Assembly: GCA_016839745.1 (NCBI GenBank)
Contig: JAEOTS010000112.1
Location: forward strand, 1 to 13,104
DNA from: Promethearchaeota archaeon
GTDB lineage: Archaea > Asgardarchaeota > Lokiarchaeia > Sigyniarchaeales > SOKP01
Reading direction: 5' to 3'
DNA: 13,104 nt
Each line of letters starts with the position of its first letter. The stretch's first letter is position 1. Below the pieces are notes generated by a model that had not been told where the DNA came from, ran no database searches, and saw only the letters and a program-made list of their open reading frames with translations. Below, piece by piece: positions 1 to 5,704 of this stretch. Made by a program: the position numbers and the translations under genes.

Positions 1-1258
1 AAGAAAAATCTAGCTCTACTACTTGATCAAATACTCCAATAATTGGCTCATAAATATGTCCGCCACGATCGCTTCGAATTAAGTCCATTCCGGTGTTGAA
101 CCCTTCGGGGCTCTTTTTGAAGGGAGGAATTAGATGATCGAGCTTGTAAGCGTTATAATACTGTATCGATTGGAGCGCACCTCCGATAGTTACGCGGCTT
201 AATCGCTGAAGAGGAATTCGAGATATTCGCGCAACTTCAATAACTCCAGGAATATTCCCTTCAGAGAAATGGAGACTAGCATAAGTTGTTGTGTCTAAAT
301 GGAATCTACCAGTTAAATACACTTGAGTCCTTGAGCGCCGCCTAATTATACCATAAGACATATAATGATCTGAACCCCCAGAAAGATCAAAGATACACTT
401 TGCCAAAGGCTTTTTGTCTCGAGAGAGGTAAAGATCTTTCGTTACTCGATTTTCAGAGGCACGAGCAACTAAATACGGAAAGAGAAATTCGTCTCCATTC
501 TGAGTAAGGATTATATCAGGGTTAAGACGGTCAATTACTTTGCTTATTGATCTTATTATTTCCGCTTCACTTGCCTTGTCGATTCGTATTCTCCGTCTTT
601 TATATCCGTCAGCTCGAGGGACGTTATCATCGTCATTTTCGACTATGCTGATCTCAGCGTAGGAAATAGGATCGTTGTAATACGGTTTTACCCCTTGGTA
701 CTGGATTTTCACATCTAACCAAACTGCTCTTAATGGAGGTAAATCGTAGAAGAGTTTTTCGTTGTCGTCCTGCAAATCTATGCTAATAAGGCGTAAGGTA
801 TTTGTCTTCTTACCAATACCCTTTTCAACTTTGATTTCAAATTGACAAAAAGACATAGGGAATAGGTCGTTGACATAGAAGTACATCTGAGTTATAGGAA
901 GATCTGTATTGTATAAAGTAAATAGTCCAATCTCATTGACTTCTTTAATAGTTTTCTTAAACAAGGATGGTTTTTCGACTGTGACGCCAAGAACTCTCGA
1001 TTTTTCGTGGTCTTCCAACTTTACATACTTCTCACAGATTCGCACCTTCTTTACATTTTGATTCTGAGCAAGAATGTATTGCATTCTCTTGAAGTCGTTC
1101 CCAACATCATCTTTTGGGACAGCAAAGAACTCGGGAGAAAATTCTTGGAATATTTTTATTACTTTCCGCTCTTCTTCAGTTTTTACCCAAAGGATAACTC
1201 CTTCGCGATAGGTAGATGCGTCTAAGAGCCACCCCTTGAAAGCTGTTTGTGAGTCCAC
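1..1258 (-). CDS. polB2: Family B DNA polymerase, PolB2 (Dpo2-like) group; partial, 3' end beyond the left edge (about 419 codons visible)
   Basis: Hand translation from GTG at 1258 is open to the window edge: MDSQTAFKGWLLDA...LYNTDLPITQMYFYVNDLFPM...YDLPPLRAVWLDVK...NPDIILTQNGDEFLFPYL...GRFHLD...IEVARISRIPLQRLSRVTIG...DRGGHIYEPIIGVFDQVVELDFS. The last segment is the start of PolB motif A (DFxSLYP). The Exo motifs are degenerate. The start lies 2 nt after the stop of the PPB2-like gene. Not in the ORF track. Confidence 0.93.
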   Translation of the reverse strand, partial: MDSQTAFKGWLLDASTYREGVILWVKTEEERKVIKIFQEFSPEFFAVPKDDVGNDFKRMQYILAQNQNVKKVRICEKYVKLEDHEKSRVLGVTVEKPSLFKKTIKEVNEIGLFTLYNTDLPITQMYFYVNDLFPMSFCQFEIKVEKGIGKKTNTLRLISIDLQDDNEKLFYDLPPLRAVWLDVKIQYQGVKPYYNDPISYAEISIVENDDDNVPRADGYKRRRIRIDKASEAEIIRSISKVIDRLNPDIILTQNGDEFLFPYLVARASENRVTKDLYLSRDKKPLAKCIFDLSGGSDHYMSYGIIRRRSRTQVYLTGRFHLDTTTYASLHFSEGNIPGVIEVARISRIPLQRLSRVTIGGALQSIQYYNAYKLDHLIPPFKKSPEGFNTGMDLIRSDRGGHIYEPIIGVFDQVVELDFS

Positions 1259-1260
1259 TT

Positions 1261-1533
1261 CTATCCTTTTCCTTTTATTTTTTCCTCTAATTCTTCAATC
1301 TTCTTTTCCAAGATCTTAATTTTCTTTTCTTGCTCAATTGCAAACGACATAAAAAGAATCTCAGAGAGCATTGGACGAGCGCTTAAGCTGCCAGCATCAG
1401 CATGAATTCTAGCGAAATTCATCAGTTTGTCAAAGGTTTTTTGGTCCTCTGGCCTTAATGCTCGTTTAAAATCTTTCCAGCTTTCTATCTCGTGTTCTAA
1501 CGCTGGTCTAAAAGCAGGTACAGTCCGACCCAT
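1261..1533 (-). CDS. PolB2-associated small helical protein (arCOG07300 / PPB2-like)
   Basis: MGRTVPAFR..LE.EI..W..F.RALR.EDQ..FD.L...AR.HADA pattern typical of the small gene paired with archaeal polB2. It has a C-terminal coiled coil (EQEKKIKILEKKIEELEEKIK) and lies directly upstream of polB2. Confidence 0.85.
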   Translation of the reverse strand: MGRTVPAFRPALEHEIESWKDFKRALRPEDQKTFDKLMNFARIHADAGSLSARPMLSEILFMSFAIEQEKKIKILEKKIEELEEKIKGKG

Positions 1534-1571
1534 ATTTTACACATTCAGTATTGTTTCAAGTGTCTCGTTAG

Positions 1572-1641
1572 TACGTCTTTCAGATAATTTAAAGAAAAAT
1601 ACCTTTGAAATTTTCTAATTTTTGTTTTTCTATATAATCTT
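1572..1641 (-). promoter_or_regulatory. Putative promoter and leader of PPB2-polB2 (TATA-like element at 1631-1636)
   Basis: The minus strand reads AAGATTATATAG, then TTAGAAAATT (1618-1609), then TGAAAGA (1582-1576). The same three blocks occur in the same order upstream of the RadA-like gene. Confidence 0.4.
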
Positions 1642-1696
1642 ACCTCTTCTCCTTTACTGCCAATAGATTTTTAAATTATTTCTCACATTTTTTTTT

Positions 1697-2104
1697 ATGA
1701 ACGAAGAATTAAAAAACTGGCACGCCCCTTGTGGAATTTATTGTAAAAGATGTCCAGGAGTTCAGGCTTACAATTGTAAAGGATGTAGAACTCACGAGGG
1801 TCAGATATTGGACTTTCCAGTATGTAAAACTTTCCAATGTATTACTGAAAAAGGGCACGATTTTTGTTATGAATGTAGCGATTTCCCATGTGAGAAGCTA
1901 CAAACTATTGTAAATTTCGAGATTTTTGCACCTCATAATTCAAAAATTTACAACCTACTGATGATTCAGAAATTAGGACTCTCCAACTGGGCCAAAATTT
2001 GTGAGGAAAAATCAGATCTTTACTATAAAGGGAAAAAAATTCAGTATGGTGGAGATCCTTTAACTCTTGAAGAGAAAGATCCTAATTTCTATAAAAAGAA
2101 ATAA
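1697..2104 (+). CDS. DUF3795-family Cys-rich (metal-binding) protein
   Basis: APCGIYCKRCP...CKGCR...C..F.C...KG..FCYECSDFPCEKL pattern, with 10 Cys in the first 65 residues. Confidence 0.85.
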   Translation: MNEELKNWHAPCGIYCKRCPGVQAYNCKGCRTHEGQILDFPVCKTFQCITEKGHDFCYECSDFPCEKLQTIVNFEIFAPHNSKIYNLLMIQKLGLSNWAKICEEKSDLYYKGKKIQYGGDPLTLEEKDPNFYKKK

Positions 2105-2122
2105 TAATGCTAATTAACTAAT

Positions 2123-2257
2123 CTATTGGTTAGCTTTCCATTCCTTATAGGCTTTTGTCATATTGCCGCAATGGATTGCCTTTTTGCCTGTTTCCTTTTC
2201 AAATTGCTCTTGTAATGCCTTTTCAGCTCCAGTAGCAGGAGCTTTCTTTTTTGCCAT
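2123..2257 (-). CDS. Unannotated 44-aa basic small protein
   Basis: ATG at 2257 to TAG at 2123 gives MAKKKAPATGAEKALQEQFEKETGKKAIHCGNMTKAYKEWKANQ. It has protein-like composition, is more GC-rich than its AT-rich flanks, and fills the gap without overlaps. It is below the ORF-track size cutoff. Confidence 0.75.
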   Translation of the reverse strand: MAKKKAPATGAEKALQEQFEKETGKKAIHCGNMTKAYKEWKANQ

Positions 2258-2337
2258 AGTTTTAAAACTCTTTTTCTATTAAATATTATCTATTATTTCT
2301 AATCTTCGATTTATACTGTTTATTATTTAAATATTTC

Positions 2338-3099
2338 TTAAAGATTGATCCAACAATCTAAAGTCGTGTTTTTTGTGGAATTTGCCAGATTTCTTTTAGG
2401 TATACGCGGTTTCCACTTTAGAAGGCGACTTTCCGGCAAGTAAGGGTGTTGAACAAGAACATACTCTGTATATCGCTCGTCTTCGTTTATCATTACTAAT
2501 ACACTTCCGAAATGGGAAAGAATTTTTCCACCATTAGGCCTGAAAAGAGAATATTCGTTTAGAGGAGCGGTTAAGACAATTAGTGGTTTTGTTTTAGAGA
2601 GAATCGATTTAATCCCGTTAATCGCTCTTAGTAGATCCTCAAACGTCTGCTTTTCGTAACTCTGAAAGAGGGTAGTAATACCAGAAATTAAAACGACTTT
2701 TACCTGTTCAAGTTTAGAGAGCCTATTCTCTAAAAGCTCTACCATTTGATCCCAAGTAAACGCGCGAGCAATCAGAATATTCTCTAATACTTTTTTAGGC
2801 GAGAGATTTTGAGAAACTGCAAACTTGCTTACATTGTACGGGTTAAAACGGTTGTTTGCATCAATGAACGCAACCGTAATATCCTCTCCAAAACCGCCAT
2901 TATTAAAAGATTTTTGAGCAATAACAGCGGTGGTCAATAAAATGTTCGCACACTTCTTTTTATCGCCATAAAGGAGGTGAATTAAGTCTTTTTGAAAGCC
3001 TTCGTTTCCCAATATCTCGTCTAGAGTTGGATCTCCGCTTGGAACTGAAGGAATTCCCTTGTTTTTGTTGTAAACATTAAACCCCGATTTGAAAGGCAT
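2338..3099 (-). CDS. Inactivated RadA/Rad51-family paralogue (iRadA, ImuA-analogous)
   Basis: RadA-core signatures SGDPTLDEILG, GGFG...VAFIDANNRFNP and VLENILIARAFTWDQM are present. Walker A is replaced by YGDKKKCAN and Walker B by VVLISGI. There is no N-terminal HhH domain. It lies close to polB2. Confidence 0.85.
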   Translation of the reverse strand: MPFKSGFNVYNKNKGIPSVPSGDPTLDEILGNEGFQKDLIHLLYGDKKKCANILLTTAVIAQKSFNNGGFGEDITVAFIDANNRFNPYNVSKFAVSQNLSPKKVLENILIARAFTWDQMVELLENRLSKLEQVKVVLISGITTLFQSYEKQTFEDLLRAINGIKSILSKTKPLIVLTAPLNEYSLFRPNGGKILSHFGSVLVMINEDERYTEYVLVQHPYLPESRLLKWKPRIPKRNLANSTKNTTLDCWINL

Positions 3100-3110
3100 T
3101 ATATAAGTTA

Positions 3111-3180
3111 TAGTTCTTTCAAAATAAAACTAGGTTACTCCGACAATTTTCTAAAATCTGTATATGAGTTATATATACTT
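3111..3180 (-). promoter_or_regulatory. Putative promoter and leader of iRadA (TATA-like element at 3170-3177)
   Basis: The minus strand reads AAGTATATATAA, then TTAGAAAATT (3154-3145), then TGAAAGA (3121-3115), mirroring 1572-1641. Confidence 0.4.
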
Positions 3181-3398
3181 AATAAGATGTTTGTTCAAGC
3201 AAGAATCATAATTCTCTTTAAAAAGAAGAGTATTTTATAGAGACGGGGGGAGGATAGTAAAAGTAAAAATAAAAAAGGATGATTAGGTTCGAGTTTTTGG
3301 GGTACCGACAAAAATGAGTAGACCTAAATTGTTAAATTTTCTAAGTAGCAGATTTTTTCTTCCCCTTCTAAAAATCATAGAAAAATGATCACTATATC

Positions 3399-3480
3399 AA
3401 AACTTTATAACTAATTCTAGCAATAATTAATATTAACAAATTTTATTTAATCAAAAATGGAAAAAAAGTGAGTACGAAAA
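3399..3480 (+). promoter_or_regulatory. BRE/TATA promoter and leader of the first acyl-CoA ligase
   Basis: AAAAC-TTTATAA at 3399-3410, with the TATA starting 77 nt before the ATG. It aligns without gaps to 5620-5691. Confidence 0.6.
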
Positions 3481-5199
3481 ATGTCAAATCCATACGAAAG
3501 TAGATTTTGGCGGAAGAATTGGGACCCAGGTGTTGCTGATCTCGATCCGAAGGAATTTGAAATGACATATCCAGAGTTTATGAGAGATATGTTCGATAAA
3601 TATCCAGATGTCATGGCTCTTTCTTATCAAGGTTTAGAAATGACCTTTAACGATGTAGACAAGCGGTCCAATCAATTTGCTAACATGTTAATTGAAAATG
3701 GGTTTAAGAAAGGAGATGCTGTAGGAATAAATTTAGCCAATATTCCAGAATATATTTATTCTGTCGTGGGTACCCTAAAAGCGGGGTGTGTTGTAAGCGG
3801 AGTAAGCCCTTTAATGTCTGACGTTCAGATGCAGTATCAATTAAGTGATCTAGGTAAAGGAGGGAAACAAGTTGCCTTAGTTACGCTTGATGCAATATTT
3901 GAACATAGATTGAAAAAAATTGCTGATAAATTACCACAATTAAAGGTTGTTATATGGACGAGTGTAATAGGATCGTTTGATAAAGAATCACAGACCAAAA
4001 TTAAAGCGGTTCAAGACATTCCCACTGGAGAAGTTACTCCTCTAGAAGGAAAAGTCGTTTATAATTACCAAGACGATGTTTTGGCAAAATTTTCTGAAGA
4101 ATTACCAAAAGTAGATATTTCTCCAGGTGATATCGGTTGGATCCAGTACACGGGTGGAACAACGGGACCACCCAAGGGTGCGATGTTAAGTCACCGAAAT
4201 TGTATGTCTAATTTGTTAAGTCTTAGAGCGTGGTTACAATGGGAAGAAGGAGATGGAATGTTATTATCTGGTTTCCCTATGTTTCACATCGCGGGTTTAA
4301 CGGTTTGCGAAGGTGCTCTTTCCTTAGGTTGGGGACAAATCCTCATTGCTAATCCTAGAGATGCTCTACACATCTGTAATCAAATTAAGATTTACAGCCC
4401 GACAGTACTTGTGAATGTGCCATCCCTCTACCAAATATTGATTAATTTTAAGAAATTCAAGCGTCTAGACCATACTAAATTACGAATGTGCATTTCTGCG
4501 GCGTCTCCATTTCCAAAAGAATCTCAAGAAAAACTAGAAGCGATAGTGGGTGAAGGAAAGTTACTAGAACTTTATGGGATGACAGAATTGAGTCCTGTAG
4601 CCACTATGAACCCATCAATTGGGAAAAAACAATTGGGGAAAGTAGGTATGCCGATACAAAATGTCGATCTGAAACTTGTGGATCCCGAAACAGGTGATGT
4701 AGTTCCCTTAGGAGAACCTGGAGAAATTTGTGTGAAAGGACCTTTAGTAATGCAGGGATATTATCAAAAACCTGAAGAAACAGCGAAAGCGATTGATAAG
4801 GATGGTTATATGCATAGCGGCGATGTAGGAATAATGGACGACGATGGTTACCTCAGAATTGTCGATAGAACTAAAGATATGATTATTGTAGGAGGTTTTA
4901 AGGTTTTTAGTGCCAAAGTAGAAGATTCTCTTTCTAAACATCCTGCAATCGGAATGGTCGCATTAGTGGGCATCCCAAACCCGGATAGACCTGGATCTGA
5001 AATAGTGAAAGCATTTGTACAGATGGATCCAGATTTTGAATTTGATGGGAATAAAGAAGCATTAAAAGAGGATATAATTTCTTTTGCAAAAGAGAATTGT
5101 GCCCCTTATGAAGTCCCAAAATTAGTAGAAATTTCAGAAGAGCTTCCACTAACGGTAATTGGTAAGGTAGATAAGAAAATTCTTCGCAAGAATGATTAG
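3481..5199 (+). CDS. fadD: Long-chain-fatty-acid--CoA ligase (FadD-like AMP-binding enzyme), paralogue 1
   Basis: QYTGGTTGPPKG P-loop, PMFHIAG, YGMTE, GEICVKGP.VM.GY, HSGD.G..D.DGYLRIVDR.KDMI and terminal LPLTVIGKVDKK. Confidence 0.92.
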   Translation: MSNPYESRFWRKNWDPGVADLDPKEFEMTYPEFMRDMFDKYPDVMALSYQGLEMTFNDVDKRSNQFANMLIENGFKKGDAVGINLANIPEYIYSVVGTLKAGCVVSGVSPLMSDVQMQYQLSDLGKGGKQVALVTLDAIFEHRLKKIADKLPQLKVVIWTSVIGSFDKESQTKIKAVQDIPTGEVTPLEGKVVYNYQDDVLAKFSEELPKVDISPGDIGWIQYTGGTTGPPKGAMLSHRNCMSNLLSLRAWLQWEEGDGMLLSGFPMFHIAGLTVCEGALSLGWGQILIANPRDALHICNQIKIYSPTVLVNVPSLYQILINFKKFKRLDHTKLRMCISAASPFPKESQEKLEAIVGEGKLLELYGMTELSPVATMNPSIGKKQLGKVGMPIQNVDLKLVDPETGDVVPLGEPGEICVKGPLVMQGYYQKPEETAKAIDKDGYMHSGDVGIMDDDGYLRIVDRTKDMIIVGGFKVFSAKVEDSLSKHPAIGMVALVGIPNPDRPGSEIVKAFVQMDPDFEFDGNKEALKEDIISFAKENCAPYEVPKLVEISEELPLTVIGKVDKKILRKND

Positions 5200-5228
5200 C
5201 GATATTAAACTTCTACAAATTAAAACTT

Positions 5229-5242
5229 ATTTTTTTCTTTTT
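5229..5242 (+). terminator. Oligo-T tract, putative archaeal terminator
   Basis: T-rich run about 30 nt after the fadD paralogue 1 stop codon. Confidence 0.4.
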
Positions 5243-5354
5243 CATAATTTAATCTTGCTATCTGGATTATGATATCCAAGAAATGTTTATAACCGTTTAA
5301 GTTCAAATATAGAATTAATAATATAGTTAATATTGAAAAAATGAGGAAAAAATT

Positions 5355-5567
5355 ATGGAAGAAAAATTTAAAGAATCTCTTAAGGGAGGAATCATTGGTG
5401 CGATAATAGGCTTTATAATGAGTTTTTTGATAAACTTATTCTTATTACCATTTCCTGATTCAGCAATATCAAATGCTATGAATAATGGAATTAGTGGTCT
5501 GATAAGTGGATTCATGGGAGGTTTCATGGGAGTATTAATGTATTTTATAATGAAAAAGAAAGAATAA
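5355..5567 (+). CDS. Small two-helix membrane protein with glycine-zipper (GxxxG) repeats
   Basis: Two hydrophobic segments, GGIIGAIIGFIMSFLINLFLL and GISGLISGFMGGFMGVLMYFIM, with charged termini. It has its own TATA-like TTTATAA at 5286-5292. Confidence 0.75.
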   Translation: MEEKFKESLKGGIIGAIIGFIMSFLINLFLLPFPDSAISNAMNNGISGLISGFMGGFMGVLMYFIMKKKE

Positions 5568-5619
5568 ATTTCTTCTAGAACTCTTTTTCTATTTGCTTCT
5601 CACGAAAAATTGTAAACTT

Positions 5620-5704
5620 AAAACTTTAAATCTAAATGATTCAATACTATTTATTAACACTTTTTTTTGAAATAAAAACGAATAATAAGAGATTGATGTT
5701 AAAA
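5620..5704 (+). promoter_or_regulatory. BRE/TATA promoter and leader of the second acyl-CoA ligase
   Basis: AAAAC-TTTAAA at 5620-5630, with the TATA starting 80 nt before ATG 5705. Homologous to 3399-3470. Confidence 0.6.

Noticed and set aside
1007-1225. 72-aa plus-strand ORF
   Set aside because: Antisense shadow of polB2 with no recognisable motifs.
1427-1618. 63-aa plus-strand ORF
   Set aside because: Antisense to the PPB2-like gene and its leader.
1609-1618. Match to the Sulfolobus UV-responsive hexamer ANTTTC
   Set aside because: A low-information 6-mer in AT-rich DNA, and its strand and position relative to the TATA do not fit.
1731-1913. 60-aa alternate-frame ORF
   Set aside because: Nested out of frame within the DUF3795 gene.
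1697-2257. Inserted gene pair as a mobile element or toxin-antitoxin module
   Set aside because: No transposase, terminal repeats or target duplication seen. The genes are convergent and lack TA motifs.
2338-3099. Functional RadA/RadB recombinase, or a pseudogene
   Set aside because: Walker A and B are lost, so it is not an active ATPase. The ORF is intact with a conserved core and the expected polB2 context, so it is not a pseudogene.
3279-3330. Eukaryote-like SECIS (ATGA followed by a stem), and a 12-codon ORF at 3279-3317
   Set aside because: There is no GA on the 3' side of the stem and no neighbouring gene with an in-frame TGA. The mini-ORF has no support.
4744-5149. Two short minus-strand ORFs (4744-4941, 4934-5149)
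   Set aside because: Antisense shadows of fadD paralogue 1.
5327-5527. 66-aa minus-strand Pro/Ile-rich ORF
   Set aside because: Mirror of the Gly-rich plus-strand membrane gene, which has the better promoter and orientation.
5636-5704. 23-residue N-terminal extension of fadD paralogue 2
   Set aside because: It overlaps the conserved promoter and leader, and is absent from paralogue 1.
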